DNA of 64,000 nt, taken from NCBI RefSeq assembly GCF_009914755.1, contig NC_060934.1, one strand, 5' to 3'. The translations under genes and the position numbers were made by a program. This document shows, in pieces, positions 1 to 12,900 of the stretch. The DNA is from the human T2T-CHM13v2.0 reference genome, Homo sapiens. The number at the start of each line of letters is the position of its first letter. The first letter of the stretch is position 1. The notes under the pieces were generated by a model. It made no database searches. It was not told the DNA's origin and saw only the letters and a program-made list of their open reading frames with translations.

Positions 1-442
1 ATGTGTGCCTTCAACTCACAGAGTTTAACCTTTCTTTTCATAGAGCAGTTCGGAAACACTCTATTTGTAAAGTCTGCAAGTGGATATTTGGACCTCTTTG
101 AGGCCTTCGTTGGAAAAGGGATTTCTTCATATAACGCTAGACAGAAGAATTTTCAGTAACTTCTTTGTGTTGTGTGTATTCAACTCACAGAGTTGAACTT
201 TTCTTTAGAGAGAGCAGAGTTGTACCACTCTTTTTGTGGAATTTGCTAGTGCAGATTTCAAACGCTTCGAAGACAGTGATAGAAAAGGATATATCTTCAT
301 ATTAAAACTAGACAAAATCATTCTCAGAAAACACTTTGTGATGTGTGTGTTCAACTCAAAGAGTTTAACCTTTCTTTAATCGAGCAGTTTGGAAATACAC
401 TCTTTGTAAGTCTTCAGGTGGATAATTGGCCCTCTTTGAGCC

Positions 443-459
443 CTTCGTTGGAAACGGGA
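443..459 (+). promoter_or_regulatory. CENP-B box (first intact copy; one site per dimer, ~188 sites, 41-42 bp upstream of each EcoRI position)
   Basis: CTTCGTTGGAAACGGGA is the canonical 17-bp CENP-B box with core TTCG....A..CGGG. Most copies are intact and a minority carry core mutations. Confidence 0.97.
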
Positions 460-484
460 TTTCCTCATATAATGCTAGACAGAA

Positions 485-824
485 GAATTCTCAGTAACTT
501 CTTTGTGTTGTTTGTATTCAACTCACAGATTTGAACCTTCCTTTAGAGAGAGCAGATTTGAAACACTCTGTTTTTGGAATTTGCAAGTGCAGATTTCAAG
601 CGCTTCTAGGCCTATGGCAGAAAAGGAAATATCTTCGTATAAAAACTACACAGAATCATTCTCAACAACTACTTTGTGATGTGTGCGTTCAACTCACAGA
701 GTTTAAACTTTCTTTTCATAGAGCAGTTTGGAAACACTCTGTTTGTAAAGCCTGCAAGTGCTTTTTTGGACTTCATTGAGGCCTTCGTTGGAAACGGGAT
801 TTCTTCATATAATGCTAGACAGAA
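485..824 (+). repeat. Exemplar dimer A (340 bp)
   Basis: Runs EcoRI to EcoRI. Diagnostic motifs are cagatttgaaccttcc, caagcgcttctaggcctatggcag, ctcaacaactac and gcctgcaagtgcttttttggacttcattgag. Confidence 0.93.
612..628 (+). promoter_or_regulatory. pJ-alpha/A-box-like motif in the non-CENP-B monomer (repeated in every A and A' dimer)
   Basis: CTATGGCAGAAAAGGAA lies 169 bp after the CENP-B box, at the homologous position in the next monomer. It resembles the A-type pJ-alpha motif CTAYGGTGRAAAAGGAA. Confidence 0.6.
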
Positions 825-1163
825 GAATTCTCAGTCACTTCTTTGTGTTGTGTGTATTCAAGTCACAGAGTTGAACCTTCTTTTAGACAGAGCAGTTTTG
901 AAAAATTCTTTCTGTGGAATTTGCAAGTGGAGATTTCAAGCGATTTGAGGCTAATCTTTGAAATGGAAATATCTTCGTGTCAAAACTACACAGAATCATT
1001 CTCAGAAACTGCTTTGTTATCTGTGCGTTCAGTTCACAGAGTTTCACCTTTCTCTTCATAGAGCAGTTTGGAAAGACTCTGTCTGTAAAGTCCGCAAGTG
1101 ATTAGTTAGACCCCTTTGAGGCCTTCGTTGGAAGCGGGATTTCCCATTTACTGCTAGACAGAA
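825..1163 (+). repeat. Exemplar dimer B (339 bp)
   Basis: Diagnostic motifs are cagtcacttc, caagtcacag, gaaaaattctttctg, gaggctaatctttgaaatgg and gattagttagacccc. Its CENP-B box variant is CTTCGTTGGAAGCGGGA. Confidence 0.93.
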
Positions 1164-1503
1164 GAATTCTCAGTAAATCCTTTGTGTTGTGTGTATTCAA
1201 CTCACAGAGTGGAACCTTCCTTTATTCAGAGCACTTTTGAAAAACACTTTTTGTGGAATTTGCAAGTGGAGATTTCAAGCGATTTGACGCCAATCTTAGA
1301 CATGGAAATATCTTCATATTAAAAGTACACAGAGTCATTCGTAAAAACTAGTTTGTGATGTGTGCCTTCAACTCACAGAGTTTAACCTTTCTTTTCATAG
1401 AGCAGTTTGGAAACACTCTATTTGTAAAGTCTGCAAGTGGATATTTGGACCTCTTTGAGGCCTTCGTTGGAAACGGGATTTCTTCATACAACGCTAGACA
1501 GAA
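1164..1503 (+). repeat. Exemplar dimer C (340 bp)
   Basis: Diagnostic motifs are cagtaaatcc, gagtggaaccttcctttattcag, gacgccaatcttagacatgg and cattcgta(g/a)aaactag. Confidence 0.93.
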
Positions 1504-1843
1504 GAATTCTCAGTAACTTCTTTGTGTTGTGTGTATTCAACTCACAGAGTTGAACCTTTCTTTAGAGAGAGCAGAGTTGAAACACTCTGTTTTTGGAATT
1601 TGCAAGTGCAGATATCAAGCGCTTCTAGGCCTATGGCAGAAAAGGAAATATCTTCATATAAAAACTGCACAGAATCATTCTCAACAACTAATTTGTGATG
1701 TGTGCGTTCAACTCACAAAGTTTAACCTTTCTCTTCATAGAGCAGTTTGGAAACACTCTGTTTGTAAAGCCTGCAATTGCTTTTTTGGACTTCATTGAGG
1801 CCTTCGTTGGAAACGGGATTTCTTCATATAATGCTAGACAGAA
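1504..1843 (+). repeat. Exemplar dimer A' (D-start/A-end chimera, 340 bp)
   Basis: The first ~85 bp match the start of D (tgtgtgtattc, gagttgaacctttctttagagagagcagagttg). The rest is A-type (gtttttggaatttgcaagtgcag, ctaggcctatggcag). Confidence 0.85.
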
Positions 1844-2522
1844 GAATTCTCAGTCACTTCTTTGTGTTGTGTGTATTCAAGTCACAGGGTTGAACCTTCC
1901 TTTAGACAGAGCAGTTTTGAAAAATTCTTTCTGTGGAGTTTGCAAGTGGAGATTTCAAGCGATTTGAGGCTAATCTTTGAAATGGAAATATCTTCGTGTA
2001 AAAACTACACGGAAGCATTCTCAGAAACTGCTTTGTCATCTGTGCGTTCAGTTCACAGAGTTTCACCTTTCTCTTCATAGAGCAGTTTGGAAAGACTCTG
2101 TCTTTAAAGTCTGCAAGTGATTAGTTAGACCCCTTTGAGGCCTTCGTTGGAAGCGGGATTTCTCATTTACTGCTAGACAGAAGAATTCTCAGTAAATCCT
2201 TTGTGTTGTGTGTATTCAACTCACAGAGTGGAACCTTCCTTTATTCAGAGCAGTTTTGAAAAACACTTTTTGTGGAATTTGCAAGTGGAGATTTCAAGCG
2301 ATTTGACGCCAATCTTAGACTTGGAAATATCTTCATATTAAAAGTACACAGAGTCATTCGTAGAAACTGGTTTGTGATGTGTGCCTTCAACTCACAGAGT
2401 TTAACCTTTCTTTTCATAGAGCAGTTTGGAAACACTCTATTTGTAAAGTCTGCAAGTGGATATTTGGACCTCTTTGAGGCCTTCGTTGGAAACGGGATTT
2501 CTTCATATAACGCTAGACAGAA

Positions 2523-2860
2523 GAATTCTCAGTAACTTCATTGTGTTGTGTGTATTCAACTCACCGAGTTGAACCTTTCTTTAGAGAGAGCAGAGTTGAA
2601 ACACTCTTCTTGTGGAATTTGCTAGTGCAGATTTCAAACGCTTCGAAGACAGTGATAGAAAAGGATATATCTTCGTATTAAAACTAGACAAAATCATTCT
2701 CAGAAAACACTTTGTGATGTGTGTGTTCAACTCACAGAGTTTAACCTTTCTTTAATCGAGCAGTTTGGAAATACACTCTTTGTAAGTCTGCAGGTGGATA
2801 ATTGGCCCTCTTTGAGCCCTTCGTTTGAAACGGGATTTCCTCATATAATGCTAGACAGAA
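2523..2860 (+). repeat. Exemplar dimer D (338 bp)
   Basis: Diagnostic motifs are gctagtgcagatttcaaacgcttcgaagacagtgatag, ctttaatcgagcag, ggaaatacactctttgtaagtc and ggccctctttgagccc. Confidence 0.93.
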
Positions 2861-5800
2861 GAATTCTCAGTAACTTCTTTGTGTTGTTTGTATTCAACTC
2901 ACAGATTTGAACCTTCCTTTAGAGAGAGCAGATTTGAAACACTCTGTTTTTGGAATTTGCAAGTGCAGATTTCAAGCGCTTCTAGGCCTATGGCAGAAAA
3001 GGAAATATCTTCGTATAAAAACTACACAGAATCATTCTCCACAACTACTTTGTGATGTGTGCGTTCAACTCACAGAGTTTAACCTTTCTTTTCTTAGAGC
3101 AGTTTGGAAACACTCTGTTTGTAAAGCCTGCAAGTGCTTTTTTGGACGTCATTGAGGCCTTCGTTGGAAACGGGAGTTCTTCATATAATGCTAGACAGAA
3201 GAATTCTCAGTCAGTTCTTTGTGTTGTGTGTATTCAAGTCACAGAGGTGAACCTTCTTTTAGACAGAGCAGTTTTGAAAAATTCTTTCTGTGGAATTTGC
3301 AATTGGAGATTTTAAGCGATTTGAGGCTAATCTTTGAAATGGAAATATCTTCGTGTAAAAACTACACAGAATCATTCTCAGAAACTGCTTTGTTATCTGT
3401 GCGTTCAGTTCACAGAGTTTCACCTTTCTCTTCATAGAGCAGTTTGGAAAGACTCTGTCTGTAAAGTCTGCAAGTGATTAGTTAGACCCCTTTGAGGCCT
3501 TCGTTGGAAGCGGGATTTCTCATTTACTGCTAGACAGAAGAATTCTCAGTAAATCCTTTGTGTTGTGTGTATTCAACTCACAGAGTGGAACCTTCCTTTA
3601 TTCAGAGAAGTTTTGAAAAACACTTTTTGTGGAATTTGCAAGTGGAGATTTCAAGCGATTTGACGGCAATCTTAGACATGGAAATTTCTTCATATTAAAA
3701 GTACACAGAGTCATTCGTAAAAACTAGTTTGTGATGTGTGCCTTCAACTCACAGAGTTTAACCTTTCTTTTCATAGAGCAGTTTGGAAACACTCTATTTG
3801 TAAAGTCTGCAAGTGGATATTTGGAGCTCTTTGAGGCCTTCGTTGGAAACGGGATTTCTTCATACAACGCTAGACAGAAGAATTCTCAGTAACTTCTTTG
3901 TGTTGTGTGTATTCAACTCACAGAGTTGAACCTTTCTTTAGAGAGAGCAGAGTTGAAACACTCTGTTTTTGGAATTTGCAAGTGCAGATTTCAAGCGAAT
4001 CTAGGCCTATGGCAGAAAAGGAAATATCTTCGTATAAAAACTACACAGAATCATTCTCAACAACTACTTTGTGATGTGTGCGTTCAACTCACAGAGTTTA
4101 ACCTTTCTTTTCATAGAGCAGTTTGGAAACACTCTGTTTGTAAAGCCTGCAAGTGCTTTTTTGGACTTCATTGAGGCCTTCGTTGGAAACGGGATTTCTT
4201 CATATAATGCTAGACAGAAGAATTCTCAGTCACTTCTTTGTGTTGTGTGTATTCAGGTCACAGAGTTGAACCTTCCTTTAGACAGAGCAGTTTTGAAAAA
4301 TTCTTTCTGTGGAATTTGCAAGTGGAGATTTCAAGCGATTTGAGGCTAATCTTTGAAATGGAAATATCTTCGTGTAAAAACTACACAGAATCATTCTCAG
4401 AAACTGCTTTGTCCTCCGTGCGTTCAGTTCACAGAGTTTCACCTTTCTCTTCATAGAGCAGTTTGGAAAGACTCTGTCTGTAAAGTCTGCAAGTGATTAG
4501 TTAGACCCCTTTGAGGCCTTCGTTGGAAGCGGGATTTCTCATTTACTGCTAGACAGAAGAATTCTCAGTAAATCCTTTGTGTTGTGTGTATTCAACTCAC
4601 AGAGTGGAACCTTCCTTTATTCAGAGCAGTTTTGAAACACTGTTTTTGTGGAATTTGCAAGTGGAGATTTCAAGCGATTTGACGCCAATCTTAGACATGG
4701 AAATATCTTCATATTAAAAGTACACAGAGTCATTCGTAGAAACTAGTTTGTGATGTGTGCCTTCAACTCACAGAGTTTAACCTTTCTTTTCATAGAGCAG
4801 TTGGGAAACACTCTATTTGTAAAGTCTGCAAGTGGATATTTGGACCTCTTTGAGGCCTTCGTTGGAAACGGGATTTCTTCATATAACGCTAGACAGAAGA
4901 ATTCTCAGTAACTTCTTTGTGTTGTGTGTATTCAACTCATAGAGTTGAACCTTTCTTTAGAGGGAGCAGAGGTGAAACACTCTTTTTGTGGAATTTGCTA
5001 GTGTAGATTTCAAACGCTTCGAAGACAGTGATAGAAAAGGATATATCTTCGTATTAAAAGTAGACAAAATCATTCTCAGAAAACACTTTGTGATGTGTGT
5101 GTTCAACTCACAGAGTTTAACCTTTCTTTAATCGAGCAGTTTGGAAATACACTCTTTGTAAGTCTGCAGGTGGATAATTGGCCCTCTTTGAGCCCTTCGT
5201 TGGAAACGGGATTTCCTCATATAATGCTAGACAGAAGAATTCTCAGTAACTTCTTTGTGTTGTTTGTATTCAACTCACAGATTTGAACCTTCCTTTAGAG
5301 AGAGCAGATTTGAAACACTCTGTTTTTGGAATTTGCAAGTGCAGATTTCAAGCGCTTCTAGGCCTATGGCAGAAAAGGAAATATCTTCGTATAAAAACTA
5401 CACAGAATCATTCTCAACAACTACTTTGTGATGTGTGCGTTCAACTCACAGAGTTTAACCTTTCTTTTCATAGAGCAGTTTGGAAACACTCTGTTTGTAA
5501 AGCCTGCAAGTGCTTTTTTGGACTTCATTGAGGCCTTCGTTGGAAACGGGATTTCTTCATATAATGCTAGACAGAAGAATTCTCAGTCACTTCTTTGTGT
5601 TGTGTGTATTCAAGTCACAGAGTTGAACCTTCTTTTAGACAGAGCAGTTTTGAAAAATTCTTTCTGTGGAATTTGCAATTGGAGATTTTAAGAGATTTGA
5701 GGCTAATCTTTGAAATGGAAATATCTTCGTGTAAAAACTACACAGAATCATTCTCAGAAACTGCTTTGTTATCTGTGCGTTCAGTTCACAGAGTTTCACC

Positions 5801-8632
5801 TTTCTCTTCATAGAGCAGTTTGGAAAGACTCTGTCTGTAAAGTCTGCAAGTGATTAGTTAGACCCCTTTGAGGCCTTCGTTGGAAGTGGGATTTCTCATT
5901 TACTGCTAGACAGAAGAATTCTCAGTAAATCCTTTGTGTTGTGTGTATTCAACTCACAGAGTGGAACCTTCCTTTATTCAGAGCAGTTTTGAAAAACACT
6001 TTTTGTGGAATTTGCAAGTGGAGATTTCAAGCGATTTGATGCCAATCTTAGACATGGAAATATCTTCATATTAAAAGTACACAGAGTCATTCGTAGAAAC
6101 TAGTTTGTGATGTGTGCCTTCAACTCACAGAGTTTAACCTTTCTTTTCATAGAGCAGTTGGGAAACACTCTATTTGTAAAGTCTGCAAGTGGATATTTGG
6201 ACCTCTTTGAGGCCTTCGTTGGAAATGGGATTTCTTCATACAACACTAGACAGAAGAATTCTCAGTAACTTCTTTGTGTTGTGTGTATTCAACTCACAGA
6301 GTTGAACCTTTCTTTAGAGAGAGCAGAGTTGAAACACTCTGTTTTTGGAATTTGCAAGTGCAGATTTCAAGCGATTCTAGGCCTATGGCAGGAAAGGAAA
6401 TATCTTCGTATAAAAACTACACAGAATCATTCTCAACAACTACTTTGTGATGTGTGCGTTCAACTCACAAAGTTTAACCTTTCTTTTCATAGAGCAGTTT
6501 GGAAACACGCTGTTTGTAAAGCCTGCAAGTGCTTTTTTGGACTTCATTGAGGCCTTCGTTGGAAACGGGATTTCTTCATATAATGCTAGACAGAAGAATT
6601 CTCAGTAAATCATTTGTGTTGCGTTTATTCAACTCACAGAGTGGAACCTTCCTTTATTCAGAGCAGTTTTGAAACACTCTTTTTGTGGAATTTGCAAGTG
6701 GAGATTTCAAGCGATTTGACGCCAATCTTAGACATGGAAATATCTTCATATTAAAAGTACACAGAATCATTCGTAGAAACTAGTTTGTGATGTGTGCCTT
6801 CAACTCACAGAGTTTAACCTTTCTTTTCATAGAGCAGTTCGGAAACACTCTATTTGTAAAGTCTGCAAGTGGATATTTGGACCTCTTTGAGGCCATCGTT
6901 GGAAAAGGGATTTCTTCATATAACGCTAGACAGAAGAATTTTCAGTAACTTCTTTGTGTTGAGTGTATTCAACTCACAGAGTTGAACCTTTCTTTAGAGG
7001 GAGCAGAGGTGAAACACTCTTTTTGTGGAATTTGCTAGTGTAGATTTCAAACGCTTCGAAGACAGTGATAGCAAAGGATATATCTTCGTATTAAAAGTAG
7101 ACAAAATCATTGTCAGAAAACTCTTTGTGATGTGTGTGTTCAACTCACAGAGTTTAACCTTTCTTTAATCGAGCAGTTTGGAAATACACTCTTTGTAAGT
7201 CTGCAGGTGGATAATTGGCCCTCTTTGAGCCCTTCTTTGGAAACGGGATTTCCTCTTATAATGCTAGACAGAAGAATTCTCAGTAACTTCTCTGTGTTGT
7301 TTGTATTCAACACACAGATTTGAACCTTCCTTTAGAGAGAGCAGATTTGAAACACTCTGTTTTTGGAATTTGCAAGTGCAGATTTCAAGCGCTTCTAGGC
7401 CTATGGCAGAAAAGGAAATATCTTCGTATAAAAACTACACAGAATCATTCTCAACAACTACTTTGTGATGTGTGCGTTCAACTCACAGAGTTTAACCTTT
7501 CTTTTCATAGAGCAGTTTGGAAACACTCTGTTTGTAAAGCCTGCAAGTGCTTTTTTGGACTTCATTGAGGCCTTCGTTGGAAACGGGATTTCTTCATACA
7601 ACGCTAGACAGAAGAATTCTCAGTCACTTCTTTGTGTTGTGTGTATTCAACTCACAGAGTTGAACCTTTCTTTAGAGAGAGCAGAGTTGAAACACTCTGT
7701 TTTTGGAATTTGCAAGTGCAGATTTCAAGCGATTCTAGGGCTATGGCAGAAAAGGAAATAACTTCGTATAAAAACTACACAGAATCATTCTCAACAACTA
7801 CTTTGTGATGTGTGCCTTCAACTCACAGAGTTTAACCTTTCTTTTCATAGAGCAGTTTGGAAACACTCTGTTTGTAAAGCCTGCAAGTGCTTTTTTGGAC
7901 TTCATTGAGGCCTTCGTTGGAAACGGGATTTCTTCATATAATGCTAGACAGAAGAATTCTCAGTCACTTCTTTGTGTTGTGTGTATTCAAGTCACAGAGT
8001 TGAACCTTCCTTTAGACAGAGCAGTTTTGAAAAATTCTTTCTGTGGAGTTTGCAAGTGGAGATTTCAAGCGATTTGAGGCTAATCTTTGAAATGGAAATA
8101 TCTTCGTGTAAAAACTACACAGAATCATTCTCAGAAACTGCTTTGTCATCTGTGCGTTCAGTTCACAGAGTTTCACCTTTCTCTTCATAGAGCAGTTTGG
8201 AAAGACTCTGTCTGTAAATTCTGCAAGTGATTAGTTAGACCCCTTTGAGGACTTCGTTGGAAGCGGGATTTCTCATTTACTGCTAGACAGAAGAATTCTC
8301 AGTAAATCCTTTGTGTTGTGTGTATTCAACTCACAGAGTGGAACCTTCCTTTATTCAGAGCAGTTTTGAAACACTCTTTTTGTGGAATTTGCAAGTGGAG
8401 ATTTCAAGCGATTTGACGCCAATCTTAGACATGGAAATATCTTCATATTAAAAGTACACAGAATCATTCGTAGAAACTAGTTTGTGATGTGTGCCTTCAA
8501 CTCACAGAGTTTAACCTTTCTTTTCATAGAGCAGTTCGGAAACATTCTATTTGTAAAGTCTGCAAGTGGATATTTGGACCTCTTTGAGGCCTTCGTTGGA
8601 AAAGGGATTTCTTCATATAACGCTAGACAGAA

Positions 8633-9989
8633 GAATTCTCAGTAACTTCTTTGTGTTGTGTGTATTCAACTCACAGAGTTGAACCTTTCTTTAGAGAGAG
8701 CAGAGTTGAAACACTCTTTTTGTGGAATTTGCTAGTGCAGATTTCAAAAGCTTCGAAGACAGTGATAGAAAAGGATATATCTTCGTATTAAAACTAGACA
8801 AAATCATTCTCAGAAAACACTTTGTGATGTGTGTGTTCAACTCACAGAGTTTAACCTTTCTTTAATCGAGCAGTTTGGAAATACACTCTTTGTAAGTCTG
8901 CAGGTGGATAATTGGCCCTCTTTGAGCCCTTCATTGGAAACGGGATTTCCTCATATAATGCTAGACAGAAGAATTCTCAGTAACTTCTGTGTGTTGTTTG
9001 TATTCAACTCACAGATTTGAACCTTCCTTTAGAGAGAGCAGATTTGAAACACTCTGTTTTTGGAATTTGCAAGAGCAGATTTAAAGCGCTTCTAGGCCTA
9101 TGGCAGAAAAGGAAATATCTTCGTATAAAAACTACACAGAATCATTCTCAACAACTACTTTGTGATGTGTGCGTTAAACTCACAGAGTTTAACCTTTCTT
9201 TTCATAGAGCAGTTTGGAAACACTCTGTTTGTAAAGCCTGCAAGTGCTTTTTTGGACTTCATTGAGGCCTTCGTTGGAAACGGGATTTCTTCATATAATG
9301 CTAGACAGAAGAATTCTCAGTCACTTCTTTGTGTTGTGTGTATTCAAGTCACAGAGTTGAACCTTCTTTTAGACAGAGCAGTTTTGAAAAATTCTTTCTG
9401 TGGAATTTGCAAGTGGAGATTTCAAGCGATTTGAGGCTAATCTTTGAAATGGAAATATCTTCGTGTAAAAACTACACAGAATCATTCTCAGAAACTGCTT
9501 TGTCATCTGTGCGTTCAGTTCACAGAGTTTCACCTTTCTCTTCATAGAGCAGTTTGGAAAGACTCTGTCTGTAAAGTCTGCAAGTGATTAGTTAGAACCC
9601 TTTGAGGCCTTCGTTGGAAGTGGGATTTCTCATTTACTGCTAGACAGAAGAATTCTCAGTAAATCCTTTGTGTTGTGTGTATTCAACTCACAGAGTGGAA
9701 CCTTCCTTTATTCAGAGCAGTTTTGAAACACTCTTTTTGTGGAATTTGCAAGTGGAGATTTCAAGCGATTTGACGCCAATCTTAGACATGGAAATATCTT
9801 CATATTAAAAGTACACAGAGTCATTCGTAGAAACTAGTTTGTGATGTGTGCCTTCAACTCGCAGAGTTTAACCTTTCTTTTCATAGAGCAGTTGGGAAAC
9901 ACTCTATTTGTAAAGTCTGCAAGTGGATATTTGGACCTCTTTGAGGCCTTCGTTGGAAACGGGATTTCTTCATATAACGCTAGACAGAA
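8633..9989 (+). repeat. Canonical 8-mer HOR (D-A-B-C, 1357 bp); also at 19832, 36121, 39515, 47155 and 61409
   Basis: D-to-D spacing is 1357 bp, with each base dimer present once. Confidence 0.9.
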
Positions 9990-12900
9990 GAATTCTCAGT
10001 AACTTCTTTGTGTTGAGTGTATTCAACTCACAGAGTTGAACCTTTCTTTAGAGGGAGCAGAGGTGAAACACTCTTTTTGTGGAATTTGCTAGTGTAGATT
10101 TCAAACGCTTCGAAGACAGTGATAGAAAAGGAGATATCTTCGTATTAAAAGTAGACAAAATCATTGTCAGAAAACTCTTTGTGATGTGTGTGTTCAACTC
10201 ACAGAGTTTAACCTTTCTTTAATCGAGCAGTTTGGAAATACACTCTTTGTAAGTCTGCAGGTGGATATTTGGCCCTCTTTGAGCCCTTCTTTGGAAACGG
10301 GATTTCCTCTTATAATGCTAGACAGAAGAATTCTCAGTAACTTCTCTGTGTTGTTTGTATTCAACACACAGATTTGAACCTTCCTTTAGAGAGAGCAGAT
10401 TTGAAACACTCTGTTTTTGGAATTTGCAAGTGCAGATTTCAAGCGCTTCTAGGCCTATGGCAGAAAAGGAAATATCTTCGTATAAAAACTACACAGAATC
10501 ATTCTCAACAACTACTTTGTGATGTGTGCGTTCAACTCACAGAGTTTAACCTTTCTTTTCATAGAGCAGTTTGGAAACACTCTGTTTGTAAAGCCTGCAA
10601 GTGCTTTTTTGGACTTCATTGAGGCCTTCGTTGGAAACGGGATTTCTTCATACAACGCTAGACAGAAGAATTCTCAGTCACTTCTTTGTGTTGTGTGTAT
10701 TCAACTCACAGAGTTGAACCTTTCTTTAGAGAGAGCAGAGTTGAAACACTCTGTTTTTGGAATTTGCAAGTGCAGATTTCAAGCGATTCTAGGCCTATGG
10801 CAGAAAAGGAAATATCTTCGTATAAAAACTACACAGAATCATTCTCAACAACTACTTTGTGATGTGTGCCTTCAACTCACAGAGTTTAACCTTTCTTTTC
10901 ATAGAGCAGTTTGGAAACACTCTGTTTGTAAAGCCTGCAAGTGCTTTTTTGGACTTCATTGAGGCCTTCGTTGGAAACGGGATTTCTTCATATAATGCTA
11001 GACAGAAGAATTCTCAGTCACTACTTTGTGTTGTGTGTATTCAAGTCACAGAGTTGAACCTTCCTTTAGACAGAGCAGTTTTGAAAAATTCTTTCTGTGG
11101 AGTTTGCAAGTGGAGATTTCAAGCGATTTGAGGCTAATCTTTGAAATGGAAATATCTTCGTGTAAAAACTACACAGAATCATTCTCAGAAACTGCTTTGT
11201 CATCTGTGCGTTCAGTTCACAGAGTTTCACCTTTCTCTTCATAGAGCAGTTTGGAAAGACTCTGTCTGTAAAGTCTGCAAGTGATTAGTTAGACCCCTTT
11301 GAGGCCTTCGTTGGAAGCGGGATTTCTCATTTACTGCTAGACAGAAGAATTCTCAGTAAATCCTTTGTGTTGTGTGTATTCAACTCACAGAGTGGAACCT
11401 TCCTTTATTCAGAGCAGTTTTGAAAAACACTTTTTGTGGAATTTGCAAGTGGAGATTTCAAGCGATTTGACGCCAATCTTAGACATGGAAATATCTTCAT
11501 ATTAAAAGTACACAGAGTCATTCGTAGAAACTAGTTTGTGATGTGTGCCTTCAACTCACAGAGTTTAACCTTTCTTTTCATAGAGCAGTTTGGAAACACT
11601 CTATTTGTAAAGTCTGCAAGTGGATATTTGGACCTCTCTGAGGCCTTCGTTGGAAACGGGATTTCTTCATATAATGCTAGACAGAAGAATTCTCAGTAAC
11701 TTCTTTGTGTTGTGTGTATTCAACTCACAGAGTTGAACCTTTCTTTAGAGGGAGCAGAGGTGAAACACTCTTTTTGTGGAATTTGCTAGTGTAGATTTCA
11801 AACGCTTCGAAGACAGTGATAGAAAAGGATATATCTTCGTATTAAAAGTAGACAAAATCATTCTCAGAAAACTCTTTGTGATGTGTGTGTTCAACTCACA
11901 GAGTTTAACCTTTCTTTAATCGAGCAGTTTGGAAATACACTCTTTGTAAGTCTGCAGGTGGATATTTGGCCCTCTTTGAGCCCTTCGTTGGAAACGGGAT
12001 TTCCTCATATAATGCTAGACAGAAGAATTCTCAGTAACTTCTTTGTGTTGTTTGTATTCAACACACAGATTTGAACCTTCCTTTAGAGAGAGCAGATTTG
12101 AAACACTCTGTTTTTGGAATTTGCAAGTGCAGATTTCAAGCGCTTCTAGGCCTATGGCAGAAAAGGAAATATCTTCGTATAAAAACTACACAGAATCATT
12201 CTCAACAACTACTTTGTGATGTGTGCGTTCAACTCACAGAGGTTAACCTTTCTTTTCATAGAGCAGTTTGGAAACACTCTGTTTGTAAAGCCTGCAAGTG
12301 CTTTTTTGGACTTCATTGAGGCCTTCGTTGGAAACGGGATTTCTTCATATAATGCTAGACAGAAGAATTCTCAGTCACTTCTTTGTGTTGTGTGTATTCA
12401 AGTCACAGAGTTGAACCTTCCTTTAGACAGAGCAGTTTTGAAAAATTCTTTCTGTGGAGTTTGCAAGTGGAGATTTCAAGCGATTTGAGGCTAATCTTTG
12501 AAATGGAAATATCTTCGTGGAAAAACTACACAGAATCATTCTCAGAAACTGCTTTGTCATCTGTGCGTTCAGTTCACAGAGTTTCACCTTTCTCTTCATA
12601 GAGCAGTTTGGAAAGACTCTGTCTGTAAAGTCTGCAAGTGATTAGTTAGACCCCTTTGAGGCCTTCGTTGGAAGCGGGATTTCTCATTTACTGCTAGACA
12701 GAAGAATTCTCAGTAAATCCTTTGTGTTGTGTGTATTCAACTCACAGAGTGGAACCTTCCTTTATTCAGAGCAGTTTTGAAAAACACTTTTTGTGGAATT
12801 TGCAAGTGGAGATTTCAAGCGATTTGACGCCAATCTTAGACATGGAAATATCTTCATATTAAAAGTACACAGAGTCATTCGTAGAAACTAGTTTGTGATG

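Larger units (their letters stand above)
147..4898 (+). repeat. Two 14-mer HORs (D-A-B-C-A'-B-C, 2376 bp each)
   Basis: D starts at 147, 2523 and 4899. The ORF track repeats at +2376 (343, 2719, 5095). Confidence 0.92.

Noticed and set aside
601-616. Short palindromes such as TAGGCCTA and GAATTC as possible hairpins or terminators
   Set aside because: These are short dyads intrinsic to the monomer consensus, with no support for a distinct element from sequence alone.
1239-1253. gaaaaacactttttg versus gaaacactctttttg dimorphism in dimer C, resembling a compensated indel
   Set aside because: It is explained equally well by two linked substitutions, so it is an ordinary haplotype marker.
10519-10962. 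Longest ORF (147 aa) with CxxC-like motifs
   Set aside because: It is a chance read-through caused by a TAA>TCA change at the start of an A' dimer, not a zinc-finger gene.
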